Shown piece after piece: positions 28,679 to 38,203 of a stretch of DNA of 64,000 bases; position 1 is the stretch's first letter, and every line of letters begins with the position of its first letter. The stretch spans positions 1,176 through 65,175 of the forward strand of contig JAWBAI010000008.1 of NCBI GenBank assembly GCA_038816475.1, read 5' to 3'. Below the pieces are notes generated by a model that saw nothing but the letters and a program-made list of their open reading frames with translations, made no database searches and was not told the DNA's origin. The translations under genes were made by a program, and so were the position numbers. Origin of the DNA: Desulfurococcaceae archaeon (lineage in GTDB: Archaea; Thermoproteota; Thermoprotei_A; Sulfolobales; Desulfurococcaceae).

Positions 28679-29778
28679 GCCTCTTCAGCTTCCTCGTACT
28701 CCTCGGTTATAACTGGGGCGTACTTCTCCGGGTTTCTAATACCATCAGGACATCCTTTGCCGTGTCGAATCGGGTTTTCTAACCTACTGAGAAGCACTAC
28801 CCTACTGGGTACAGACTCGCTGAGTAAAATGTACCCTGTTAATTCAGCGAGCTTTGCAGCGTAGGCTTTAACCTCGCTGTGACTCGGCATATTATCCCTG
28901 GTGAGTCTTCCTTTGCTACCACCTAGGTACATGTAGGCTTTTACCTCAACGTAGTGGGGATAACCTCTTTCAATGAACTTAGCGAAAGTTCTAAGGGCTT
29001 CCTCGTTATCGTTGAAACCTTTAACGAGGGTTATTCTGAATGTTACCGGGGATCTAAACGACCTGACTAAGTCAATTGTTTCCTGGAAAAGCTCCCAAGC
29101 TCTGGGAACTAGTGGCCTGTTGAAGTACTCGTACACATTCTTGGTCCAGGATTCAAAGCTTATGTAGAGTTGAGAAGGCTCCTTACTCAGGTTTTTGAGA
29201 ACGTCAGGTCGTGTTCCATGCGTAACGAGGAAAGTTGTAATGCTTCTCTTGTGGTACTCCTCTATTAGCTCGCTAAGTCTAGGGTATAGTAGTGGTTCGC
29301 CCGCTAAGCTTATTGCAGCATGCTTCGGGTTCATGGCTTCTTCAACCATCTTCTGATCAGCTTTAGGATTCCCCTTGTAGCCAGCCACGATCTGCTTGTG
29401 TACTCTTATGCTCTCTTCAACTAGAACCTCTGGGTCGTCAACAACTGGTGGTCTCGTATCGTCCCAGTGCATTCCTATGTCCTCTGGTTCCACTCTCCAG
29501 CAGTGCAAGCACCTGTTCCAGCACCATGCTACCACTGGTGTCATCTGTATGCATCTGTGGCTTTCGATACCATACCATAAGCACTTGTAGCAGAATCTAC
29601 GTCTCAGTATAGCTTCCTTCGTCCAATGGCAACGTTTAACAGCACCAATGGTTCCTATTATATGGTAGCCTTGTTTAAGCAACCTGTTGTACAGTGCTTT
29701 GTAAACTGGACTACTACTCCAGAACTCTTCTCTTCTCAGCTTTATTGATTTCAAGTCCAGCAAGTAAAACCCCTCCAC
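28675..29778 (-). CDS. taw1: tRNA 4-demethylwyosine synthase Taw1 (TYW1, radical SAM)
   Basis: 367 aa; CWNRCLHC radical SAM triad preceded by extra Cys (CHW..C..C), the typical archaeal Taw1 layout. Confidence 0.8.
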   Translation of the reverse strand: MEGFYLLDLKSIKLRREEFWSSSPVYKALYNRLLKQGYHIIGTIGAVKRCHWTKEAILRRRFCYKCLWYGIESHRCIQMTPVVAWCWNRCLHCWRVEPEDIGMHWDDTRPPVVDDPEVLVEESIRVHKQIVAGYKGNPKADQKMVEEAMNPKHAAISLAGEPLLYPRLSELIEEYHKRSITTFLVTHGTRPDVLKNLSKEPSQLYISFESWTKNVYEYFNRPLVPRAWELFQETIDLVRSFRSPVTFRITLVKGFNDNEEALRTFAKFIERGYPHYVEVKAYMYLGGSKGRLTRDNMPSHSEVKAYAAKLAELTGYILLSESVPSRVVLLSRLENPIRHGKGCPDGIRNPEKYAPVITEEYEEAEEA

Positions 29779-29910
29779 GAACTCCTGTAATCAATACTGG
29801 GTAATATCCTGCGTTGCAAAGCTGATAACCTTTAGTATGGTTTCTATGATTCTCTTAGAGCCCGATAGTACGCATTAATATACCCTAGAGCACATTATAG
29901 TTAAGGTAGT

Positions 29911-29959
29911 GTGATGACCGAATCCGTGTCGGATTAGTGAAGAAGGTCGGCGTTGCTGA
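29911..29959 (+). ncRNA. candidate C/D box sRNA in the accB leader
   Basis: GTGATGA, 12 nt, CGGA, tta, GTGAAGA, 12 nt, CTGA (49 nt); caveat: the first spacer and D' form an internal hairpin aatccg-tgt-cggatt. Confidence 0.45.
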
Positions 29960-29972
29960 GGCTTGAACAAAA

Positions 29973-30503
29973 ATGCCGCGTGTATTCAAAGTTAGAACTA
30001 CTCTTGGTGCTACAGTTGAATTAGAGCTTATTGAGAAAACGAAAGATCTACTAGTATTCAAGGATAGGAGAACAGGGAAACTCTACAAACTCAGAGTAGA
30101 AAGAGCCAATGATGGAAAGTACATTATGAACATAAATGGTGAGCTCTACTCTGTTTTCTCCAGTGAATTGCACGGTGTATACGTTAATTCCGAGCCTCTG
30201 CTGGTAGACAGCATATCGTACATCGATGTCGTGGAGTCGAAGGAGTTAAAAGCGGAAAAACCCGCTGGTCCTAGAACGGCTGAACCAGGGTTAATACTAT
30301 CTCCTATAACGGGGAAAATACTAGAAGTTAAAGTAAAACCGGGTGACAAAGTCAGCAGGGGTGACGTAGTTCTCTTAATGGAGTCTATGAAGATGGTCAT
30401 TGAGGTGAAGTCTGATCTCGACGGTGTCGTAGAGGAGGTTTACGTGTCCCCCGGAAGTGCTGTGAAAAAAGGTGAAAAACTAGTTAAGATAAAGCAGCTA
30501 TAG
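29973..30503 (+). CDS. accB: biotin carboxyl carrier protein
   Basis: 176 aa; C-terminal biotinyl domain with the MESMKM motif. Confidence 0.85.
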   Translation: MPRVFKVRTTLGATVELELIEKTKDLLVFKDRRTGKLYKLRVERANDGKYIMNINGELYSVFSSELHGVYVNSEPLLVDSISYIDVVESKELKAEKPAGPRTAEPGLILSPITGKILEVKVKPGDKVSRGDVVLLMESMKMVIEVKSDLDGVVEEVYVSPGSAVKKGEKLVKIKQL

Positions 30504-32051
30504 TGGAATATTACTATGTTTTCTCATTGGTAGAGCTTCAACGCGTTTTCCTATTAAAACTCTAAGAGCCTCGTAGATCTTTCTTCTCGTATCAGCCATG
30601 TCTATTACGTCATCCACGTACCCAAGTTCAGCTGCCCTGTAGGGATTAGCGAAGATCTCCCTGTACTCTCTCAGTTTCTCAGCGTAGAAAGCCTCAGGAT
30701 TAGGTGATTTCTCGATCTCCTTCCTATAGAGTATTCTAACAGCGCCCTCGGGTCCCATGACAGCTATCTCGGCGGTTGGCCAAGCATAGTTTACATCGCT
30801 TCCGAGAGCATAGCTTCCCATGGCTATGTAGGCTCCACCGTAGGCTTTCCTCATGATAACGGTGATCTTTGGGACTGTGGCTTCAGCGTAAGCGTGGAGA
30901 ACTTTTGCTCCATGCTTTATTATCCCTCCGTGCTCCTGATCCACACCAGGCATGAAACCAGGTGTGTCAACAAGGGTTACTATTGGTATGTTAAAGGAGT
31001 CGCAGAATCTAACGAATCTCGCAATTTTATTGCTAGCATCAATGTCTATGACTCCTGCGTTGACTGCAGGCTGATTTGCTACAATACCGACTGTATATCC
31101 ACCTATTCTTCCGAAGCCAATTACCGCGGTTCTGGCGTAGTTGGCTTGTACTTCTAGGAATTCACCGTCATCTACGATAAGCCTTATTACCTGTTTCACA
31201 TCGAATGGTTTAACGGGGTCTGTTGGAACGATCTCGTAGAGTTCATCGAGTCTCCTATCCACAGGGTCTTCGGTTTCTACGTAGGGAGGATCCTCTGCGC
31301 TGTTGCTGGGTAAGTACGATAGTAGCTTTTTAACTATGTCGAATGCTTCTTCCTCGGTTTCAGCAACAAAGTGTGCTACTCCACTTATAGAACCGTGAAC
31401 ATCTGCGCCACCAAGCTCTTCAAAGGTTACACTTGCACCTGTTGCTGCTTTAACGACTTCGGGACCTGTGATGAACATGTACGAGCCTTTAACCATGATC
31501 ACGAAGTCCATTAGTGCTGGGCTGTAGGATGCTGCTCCTGCGCAGGGACCTAGTATGAGAGCGATCTGAGGTATAACGCCGCTGGCTTTCACGTTCATGT
31601 AGAAGATCCTTCCACATCCGTGGAGAGCTGCAACACCTTCTTGTATTCTAGCACCGCCTGAATCGTATAAGCCTATGACTGGGACACCGCTCTGCATGGC
31701 TAGCTCTATTGTTCTAGCTATTTTTTCTCCATGAGCTTCTCCAATACTTCCGCCTAGCACAGTGAAGTCCTGAGCATACACGTAAACCAGTCTTCCGGCT
31801 ATTCTACCGTAACCCGTTACAACACCGTCTCCATAGTACTTCACTTTGTCAAGTCCGAAATAGGTTGACCTGTGAACTCTAAGCCACTGGAGTTCAACGA
31901 AGGATCCAGGGTCCAAAAGCTTTTCCAGTCTTTCTCTAACCCATAGCTTACCCTTCTGCTTCTGCTGTTCAATCTTGTCCTTACCTCCACCCAGTGTAGA
32001 CAGTTCTCTCAGTTCAGTGAGCTTCTTTAGAAGCTCCTCGTGACTACTCAT
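30498..32051 (-). CDS. pccB: acyl-CoA carboxylase carboxyltransferase subunit (PccB / methylmalonyl-CoA carboxyltransferase type)
   Basis: 517 aa; GGARIQEG, PQIALILGPCAGAASYSPALMDF, crotonase-like double domain. Confidence 0.9.
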   Translation of the reverse strand: MSSHEELLKKLTELRELSTLGGGKDKIEQQKQKGKLWVRERLEKLLDPGSFVELQWLRVHRSTYFGLDKVKYYGDGVVTGYGRIAGRLVYVYAQDFTVLGGSIGEAHGEKIARTIELAMQSGVPVIGLYDSGGARIQEGVAALHGCGRIFYMNVKASGVIPQIALILGPCAGAASYSPALMDFVIMVKGSYMFITGPEVVKAATGASVTFEELGGADVHGSISGVAHFVAETEEEAFDIVKKLLSYLPSNSAEDPPYVETEDPVDRRLDELYEIVPTDPVKPFDVKQVIRLIVDDGEFLEVQANYARTAVIGFGRIGGYTVGIVANQPAVNAGVIDIDASNKIARFVRFCDSFNIPIVTLVDTPGFMPGVDQEHGGIIKHGAKVLHAYAEATVPKITVIMRKAYGGAYIAMGSYALGSDVNYAWPTAEIAVMGPEGAVRILYRKEIEKSPNPEAFYAEKLREYREIFANPYRAAELGYVDDVIDMADTRRKIYEALRVLIGKRVEALPMRKHSNIPL

Positions 32052-32052
32052 G

Positions 32053-33306
32053 CTACTTGTACCTCCTGAGAACAGCTACAGCTGTAATAGTAGCTATTCC
32101 ACCAATGTTGTGTATTAAAGCGGTCTCAGGGTTGCTTGCTTTGTATCCTGGGAAATCTCCTCTTAGTTGCATGACTGCTTCGGAGAGCTGGTATACACCT
32201 GTAGCTCCAACAGGGTGTCCACGGGCTTTCAGTCCACCGCTAAAGTTTATTTCTGGTTTATCACCTTTCTGGAATCGTCCTTCCTTGTACAGCTTAGCTG
32301 CTGTACCCTTCGGTGTGAACCCTAGATCCTCTATGGATATGTAGGCTGTTATGTGGAAAGCATCGTGCAACTCGACGTAGTCTATATCCCTTACCGTGAG
32401 GTCAGCCATTTGGAGAGCTTCACGTGAAGCCTTAACCGTTGATGCTGTTGTGAGAAGGTCCGCTCTTGAGGTTAAGTCAACACTATCTGTTGAAACAGAA
32501 ACCCCGGCTACCTCCACGAGTGTGTCTTTACCCGTGATCTTTGAAACCTCTCTCGCTTTCTCCTCGCCTTTAACCAGGAGTACAACCGCTGCTCCATCAC
32601 CAATAGGTGCTGAGTGGAAGAGCCTTATTGGGTCTGCTATGAGTGGGCTACTAAGTATCTCCTCCATGGTTGTTTTCCTGGGTAACTGAGCATATGGGTT
32701 GTAACTAGCGTACTCATGCATTTTGAGTGGCCAGTAGGATAGATCTTCGTCGCTGTAACCAAAGGTATGCATGTAAAGTCTAGCAATCATGGCGTTTAGT
32801 CCTGTGAAGGTGGCACCGTAGAAAACCTCGTAGTCATAGTCAGCAGCCTGAGCAAGGGCCCTGGTTGCAGTTTCAGTAACAGCCTCTGTTAGCTTTTCGA
32901 CACCTCCTACAGCTACAACATCAGCTAGTCCCGACTTAACCATCGCGTATCCTACGTATAGCGCTACGCCTCCACTTCCACAGGCTGCTTCAACCTTGAA
33001 TGCAGGTAAACCTCTGAAACCGGAGTGATCTGCTACAAGAGCACCCAGGTTGTCCTGCTGCATCAGAACACTAGAAGTCATGTTACCAACAACCATAGCT
33101 TTGGGCTTTAAACCGCCTGCGTCTTCGATAGCTTTCCAGAGCGCTTCTGCGAAAAGGTCTTTTGCGTGTTTTTCGTAGAATCTACCAATCTTTGTCATTC
33201 CAACTCCAACTGCGAAAACACGCTCCAAGGCAAAGAGCACCTCTGTGCCGAAACCTTCTCTTCTAATAAGTAGCTGGGTCGAAGTATATAAGTTATTGGA
33301 AGCCAC
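32053..33306 (-). CDS. thiolase (acetyl-CoA acetyltransferase / SCP-x-like, archaeal type)
   Basis: EAACGSGGVAL active-site Cys region, C-terminal GGLKARGHPVGATG; the true start may lie downstream of 33306. Confidence 0.8.
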   Translation of the reverse strand: MASNNLYTSTQLLIRREGFGTEVLFALERVFAVGVGMTKIGRFYEKHAKDLFAEALWKAIEDAGGLKPKAMVVGNMTSSVLMQQDNLGALVADHSGFRGLPAFKVEAACGSGGVALYVGYAMVKSGLADVVAVGGVEKLTEAVTETATRALAQAADYDYEVFYGATFTGLNAMIARLYMHTFGYSDEDLSYWPLKMHEYASYNPYAQLPRKTTMEEILSSPLIADPIRLFHSAPIGDGAAVVLLVKGEEKAREVSKITGKDTLVEVAGVSVSTDSVDLTSRADLLTTASTVKASREALQMADLTVRDIDYVELHDAFHITAYISIEDLGFTPKGTAAKLYKEGRFQKGDKPEINFSGGLKARGHPVGATGVYQLSEAVMQLRGDFPGYKASNPETALIHNIGGIATITAVAVLRRYK

Positions 33307-33329
33307 CGTTGATCTAAAATTTTCAAAAC

Positions 33330-34055
33330 GTGGTGCTTGGCTACATGAGTGAACTGAATGCGCTAAGGGAACTAGCTAGTAGCATAGCAAACGAAGAGCT
33401 GAGAAGGGTGGTTTGCAGTATACTGGATAATCCTCTGCTGTCATTTACAAGCGTTAAACCCTTGATAACCTTAGAGGAATCTCCTGCAGCACCCCGTAAA
33501 CACCACTTCTTCAAGGGTGGACTCGCGGTACACACTCTCTCTGTTGTGAAGATAGCACTTGCACTATCAAACGTACTCAGTGAAGTATATGGTTTAGAAG
33601 TCAACAGGGATCTCGTGGTTGCAACAGCGATTCTACACGACATATACAAGTACTATCAGTACGCGCAGGACACCGTTTACGGTGGTTACAAACCCAGGGA
33701 AGACTGGTACCTTAGTCACGATTACGCCGTGGTCGCAGAGCTCGCTCGAAGAGGCGCACCGGAGGAGCTTATAAGAGCCGTTTCAGAAGTACACGGACTC
33801 GTACCATTTACAACACTAGAGGGGCTCATTGTTCACTTATCTGACAGCGTAGATGCAAGGCTTGGTGAAATACTCCAGAACACAGTTTTAAACAGAGTAA
33901 GAGATTACGAGGCTAGGAACTGCCAACTCTACAAAGCACTCAACAACATGATTGAGAACCACGGTTTAAAGTACGTATTAAGGCTTGTGTTTAACAATCC
34001 TGATGAGCTTAGAGAGCTATTCGAGAAGGAGTGCAATACGCGTAGCTCTCAGTAG
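33330..34055 (+). CDS. HD-domain phosphohydrolase
   Basis: H...HD pattern (VHTLSVVKIAL...AILHDIYK); 241 aa. Confidence 0.6.
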   Translation: MVLGYMSELNALRELASSIANEELRRVVCSILDNPLLSFTSVKPLITLEESPAAPRKHHFFKGGLAVHTLSVVKIALALSNVLSEVYGLEVNRDLVVATAILHDIYKYYQYAQDTVYGGYKPREDWYLSHDYAVVAELARRGAPEELIRAVSEVHGLVPFTTLEGLIVHLSDSVDARLGEILQNTVLNRVRDYEARNCQLYKALNNMIENHGLKYVLRLVFNNPDELRELFEKECNTRSSQ

Positions 34056-34064
34056 ACCTCGCGG

Positions 34065-35084
34065 GTGACAGTTGTGCATGAAGTAAGATGGAACCCGCTC
34101 GTAAAACAATGGGTAATAGTAGCAGAGCATAGGTCTATAAGACCATGGCGTCCTGAGGAGAAGACCAAAGTGTACACATGCCCATTCTGTCCGGGTGCAC
34201 CAGAGCTAGCTCATCTGGAGAAATGGGATGCTGTATCATTGCCAAATAAATACCCAGCGTTAATCGAAGAACCTGAAAAGCCTCTTCAACCGGGCTTCAA
34301 AGGCTATAGTGTGCGGGAAGCAAAAGGGGTTTGCAGAGTCATTGTTGAAACCCCCAGCCACGAGGGGGATTTCTACACGCTTCCGCTGAGCCAGGTGATA
34401 AAGGTTGTTGAGCTCTACAGACAGGAGTTCGAGGAGCTATCCAAGAGAGAATACGTAGAGTACGTTGCTATATTCAGGAACAAGGGTAAGGAGATCGGAG
34501 TTTCACTTACACACCCGCATTCTCAAGTGTACGCTCTCCCGTTTGTTCCACCCAGAATACGAGCAGAGCTGGAGTCCATGAAGGAGTACAGCGATAGAAA
34601 CGGTGGTTGCCTGATCTGCGACATAGTAAACTACGAACTAGGCGAAAACACCAGAGTAGTATACGAAAACGAGCACTTCGTGGTTCTACTACCGTACTAT
34701 GCCATGTGGCCTTACGAGCTCCACGTGTACCCAAAGAGGCATGTTCGATCAATAAGCGATCTAGAGGGCAGCGAAGTAGAACACCTCGCTGATACTCTCA
34801 GAGTTGTTACAGGGTTGTACACTGTTCTCCTAGAACGGGATGCACCCTACATAATGGCTATACACAATCCTCCTTCAAAGGGTAACTATCCCTACTACCA
34901 TTTTCACGTAGAGTTTTACCAGCCGTACAGGGAAAAAGACAAGCTGAAGTACGCAGCTGGCATTGAGTGGGGGTATTGGGTGTTCACCTACGACGGTTCT
35001 CCTGAGAGAAAAGCGAGTGAGCTTAAAGAGTCCTGTAAAAAACTCAAAGAGCAACTCGGTGATGTGCTTGGAAACTGCAAATGA
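34065..35084 (+). CDS. galT: galactose-1-phosphate uridylyltransferase
   Basis: CPFCPG zinc site and HPHSQVYA (H-x-H-x-Q) HIT-type active site; 339 aa. Confidence 0.85.
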   Translation: MTVVHEVRWNPLVKQWVIVAEHRSIRPWRPEEKTKVYTCPFCPGAPELAHLEKWDAVSLPNKYPALIEEPEKPLQPGFKGYSVREAKGVCRVIVETPSHEGDFYTLPLSQVIKVVELYRQEFEELSKREYVEYVAIFRNKGKEIGVSLTHPHSQVYALPFVPPRIRAELESMKEYSDRNGGCLICDIVNYELGENTRVVYENEHFVVLLPYYAMWPYELHVYPKRHVRSISDLEGSEVEHLADTLRVVTGLYTVLLERDAPYIMAIHNPPSKGNYPYYHFHVEFYQPYREKDKLKYAAGIEWGYWVFTYDGSPERKASELKESCKKLKEQLGDVLGNCK

Positions 35085-36366
35085 AACACGAGAGACCATA
35101 CTAAGGTATATTCTCAACGAGTTCAAGAACACGTTCGGCGAATACCCCGAAGTAGTAGCATCTGCTCCGGGCAGACTGGATTTCCTCAACACGCATCAGG
35201 ATTACAAAGGATTACCAGTTGTATCAGTAGCGGTCAACAAGAGAACCTATGTGGCGTTATCCATGAGGCAGAACACGGCTAGAGTTGTATCGCTGAATCT
35301 GTGCATGGAGGGTGCTGAATGCGTAGACGAGTTCGATTCCAGGTCCCCCCGGTTGAAAGGTGGAAGGTTCTTCGGTGACTACGTGAGGTCGGTTGTTAAA
35401 GCGCTCCTAGAGAGTGGTTATAGTATTGGTGGCTTCAACGCGTTGATATACAGCGAAATACCCATAGCATCCGGGCTAGCGAGTAGTGCTGCGCTACAGG
35501 TTTCACTCATAACAGGTCTCAGTGAGCTCTACGAGCTCGATCTCAACAAGAAGGATATAGCAGAGTTAGCTTACCACAGTGAACACGACATAATGGGTGT
35601 ACCCTGTGGAAGATTAGACCAGTACGGTTCAGCTATGGGCGGTATCACCAGGATTGAAACTAAGCCACCGTACATCACGAAAACCTACGCAGGGTTCAAC
35701 TGGGTATTCATAGTGTTGCACTCTGGTATAAGGCACAGTACAGCTGAGATACATCCAAGACGTATAAGGGAGATCGAGGAAGGACTGAGATCACTGCTAA
35801 AGCAACCCGGTGTTCCAGGGTATCTGAGAAGAAAACTTGCGGAAAAGATAGACGAAGTGCTATGGGAGGATCTCACGTTAGAGGAGCTACAACCATACCT
35901 GGAGTACATTGATGCAGAGTCAAGGAAGAGGATAGTGTTTACGATTAAGATGAATGTTTCAACTAGGTTAGCAGTAGAGTTGCTTGAAAACCCGTCATCG
36001 AAGGCTTCGAAGAACGCGTTAAGAGACTTCTTAGAGTATGAATGTCCCAATTGTCTTAAGCCGGTAGTGGGGTTGCATGCTGATGATGTTCTAGAGCTGA
36101 TCGCGGGGGTTGTCAACTATCAGCACGTTCTCTTGAGAGACCTCTATGATGTAAGTTTGCCTGAGCTCGAGCTCATAAGGAATACAGCCTTATCAGCGGG
36201 AGCTCTCGGTGTAAAGATCTCGGGTGCAGGGCTAGGTGGTTCACTATTAGCACTAGCGCCGGATAAGAACAGCGCGGAAAAAGTAGCTATGGCTACGAGA
36301 GGTGTTACCAAGGCCACCTGGGTTGTTGAAGTGGATGAAGGAACCAGAGTAGACTACCTTAGATAG
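35062..36366 (+). CDS. galK: galactokinase (GHMP kinase)
   Basis: APGRLDFLNTHQDY galactokinase signature, GHMP motif PIASGLASSAAL; ATG at 35062 overlaps the galT end by 23 nt. Confidence 0.85.
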   Translation: MCLETANETRETILRYILNEFKNTFGEYPEVVASAPGRLDFLNTHQDYKGLPVVSVAVNKRTYVALSMRQNTARVVSLNLCMEGAECVDEFDSRSPRLKGGRFFGDYVRSVVKALLESGYSIGGFNALIYSEIPIASGLASSAALQVSLITGLSELYELDLNKKDIAELAYHSEHDIMGVPCGRLDQYGSAMGGITRIETKPPYITKTYAGFNWVFIVLHSGIRHSTAEIHPRRIREIEEGLRSLLKQPGVPGYLRRKLAEKIDEVLWEDLTLEELQPYLEYIDAESRKRIVFTIKMNVSTRLAVELLENPSSKASKNALRDFLEYECPNCLKPVVGLHADDVLELIAGVVNYQHVLLRDLYDVSLPELELIRNTALSAGALGVKISGAGLGGSLLALAPDKNSAEKVAMATRGVTKATWVVEVDEGTRVDYLR

Positions 36367-36410
36367 TGGAATCATAAATAAAGCTATTCTGGGGTAAAGG
36401 GTGTTAAGCC

Positions 36411-37370
36411 TTGGACGTTCTAGGTATTGACAAATCCGTCGTTGAGAAAGTTGCTAGAATACTAAAGCACCAGGATAGATCCTCTGTTCCGCGAATAAAC
36501 GTGTTCGATGAAAGGTTTTATCCAGCACGTGGTGAGGATCCAGAGCGGGTTGCACGGTACTTACTAGTAATGGTAGCCATGGATCACAGATTAAGCAGAC
36601 CAGGTAAACCCTATGAAGCCTGTCTTGAGGACGGTTGCTACAGAGGTGCTGATCTACTCTACAGGCTAGGTGCTAGGAAGTACCACGAAGACCCCGAGTT
36701 CTTTAGTCCTGAGAGGTTGAGCAGGATGAAGATGGAGGATGTTAGATCATGGCTTAGAGTTGGAGACCTGGTTGAACCACCTGATGTACCCCTGAGAACA
36801 ATGCTACTAAGAGACCTCGGCGTGAAGCTTCAGAAGCTGTACAATTCCAGTGTAACAGAGTTGATCAACGCGAGTAATAGCAGAGTACGAGGTACTCTTG
36901 AAGCACCAGGTTTGGTGGACAACTTGAGAGTGTTTAGAGCTTACGAGGACCCGGTGGAGAAGAAGGCTATGCTACTGGCAAAATTCCTCGTTTACAGAGG
37001 ATTGTTCAATCCCATCGATCGTGTTGATGTTGCGGTTGATAACCACTTAACCAGGATATCGCTGAGGCTTGGTCTTGTAATGGTATCAGGACCTATGTGG
37101 GACAAGATCAAGACTGGCGTAGAGTTCACCTACGAGGAGGATGTACTACTAAGGCTTACCGTTAGAAGAGCATACATGTATCTCTCCGAGAGGTCCGGTT
37201 ACTCACCAGCTGAAGTCGACGACTTCTTCTGGATCATGGGTAGAACGGTGTGCTTAAGAGATTCCCCACCTCTGTGCGAGAAGTGCTTGTTTAAGAGTGC
37301 ATGTAAGGCTAGAAGAAACACGGCGTTCATGGTAAACGAGCCCGTTTACTACAACATCTGGTACTACTGA
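36411..37370 (+). CDS. divergent HhH-GPD/endonuclease III-like protein with 4Fe-4S cluster loop
   Basis: VAVDNHLTRISLRLGL resembles Nth IAVDTHIFRV; C-terminal C-x7-C-x2-C-x5-C (CLRDSPPLCEKCLFKSAC); TTG start. Confidence 0.5.
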   Translation: MDVLGIDKSVVEKVARILKHQDRSSVPRINVFDERFYPARGEDPERVARYLLVMVAMDHRLSRPGKPYEACLEDGCYRGADLLYRLGARKYHEDPEFFSPERLSRMKMEDVRSWLRVGDLVEPPDVPLRTMLLRDLGVKLQKLYNSSVTELINASNSRVRGTLEAPGLVDNLRVFRAYEDPVEKKAMLLAKFLVYRGLFNPIDRVDVAVDNHLTRISLRLGLVMVSGPMWDKIKTGVEFTYEEDVLLRLTVRRAYMYLSERSGYSPAEVDDFFWIMGRTVCLRDSPPLCEKCLFKSACKARRNTAFMVNEPVYYNIWYY

Positions 37371-37384
37371 AAGAAGGTGATTCG

Positions 37385-37750
37385 TTGAGCGGAGGAAACA
37401 GCTCCACTAGGTCACTAGAAGATGTACTACGGCTTGGAAAACTCGAGAGGCTTATTATGGAGTACTTTATACGCCATATCAGTGCTGGTGACATAATAGC
37501 TGTTCTAGACTTGAAAGAAGAAGTTAAAAAGAGAGCGCGAATGGGTGAAGTTGACCTAGTAAGTGAGCTAGACGATGCCTTTATAGTAAAGGAACTCTAT
37601 GTAAAACTCGCACTACTCGTTAAAGACGGGTTCTTGGAGTACAGGAATGGTGTTTACAGGCTTCCTCAGTGGATCATAGACATTATTAAATCCAAGAAAG
37701 GGGGTCTATATCCTGGTGTTCCCAAGAGTCTCGAAGAACTATTAAATTAG
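37385..37750 (+). CDS. hypothetical small protein
   Basis: 121-aa ORF, tight spacing with neighbours; no recognised motif. Confidence 0.4.
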   Translation: MSGGNSSTRSLEDVLRLGKLERLIMEYFIRHISAGDIIAVLDLKEEVKKRARMGEVDLVSELDDAFIVKELYVKLALLVKDGFLEYRNGVYRLPQWIIDIIKSKKGGLYPGVPKSLEELLN

Positions 37751-37759
37751 GAGACGTAT

Positions 37760-38203
37760 ATGGGGGTTTTCATTGGTAAAGTTAGCAAAGACTTCATGAA
37801 GGACGAGGAGTTGCTTGTTCTAGGAACGTTCGACATAAAGTTCGCGGTTGCGCATAGCAAAGCTATCTTCATAGGAAGTGGTAAAATAGGTGTTCTGGCA
37901 GCTGAAAACTGCTATGTATTTACAAGAAGAGGACCCGTGATCGTTCAATCGATTCACTGCATTAACGTTGTAGCGGTTGGTTCGAGGAGCCCCATTGTAG
38001 CCGGTAACCTTAGGTGCAGAAACATTTACGCGAGGAGATTGATCGCTAGCAGGCTCGAGACTGGTAAAGCTGTACTTGGTGAGATGTCCATTGTTGATGA
38101 TCTCGTGAGAGCTGAAAAAATAGTATTTATGGACCCGCACATGTACTTTAAAAAGCTTGGAGATGTTGGCGAACTGGAATTCGCTTACGTTGTTTCCGAG
38201 TAG
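37760..38203 (+). CDS. hypothetical protein, possible beta-helical repeat (bactofilin-like?)
   Basis: 147 aa; short periodic hydrophobic/Gly segments (IFIGSGKIGVLAAENCYVF...VVAVGSRSPIVAGNLRCRNIYA). Confidence 0.35.
   Translation: MGVFIGKVSKDFMKDEELLVLGTFDIKFAVAHSKAIFIGSGKIGVLAAENCYVFTRRGPVIVQSIHCINVVAVGSRSPIVAGNLRCRNIYARRLIASRLETGKAVLGEMSIVDDLVRAEKIVFMDPHMYFKKLGDVGELEFAYVVSE

Noticed and set aside
34963-35061. 33-codon upstream extension of galK
   Set aside because: It lies inside galT in another frame. The galactokinase signature begins shortly after the ATG at 35062.
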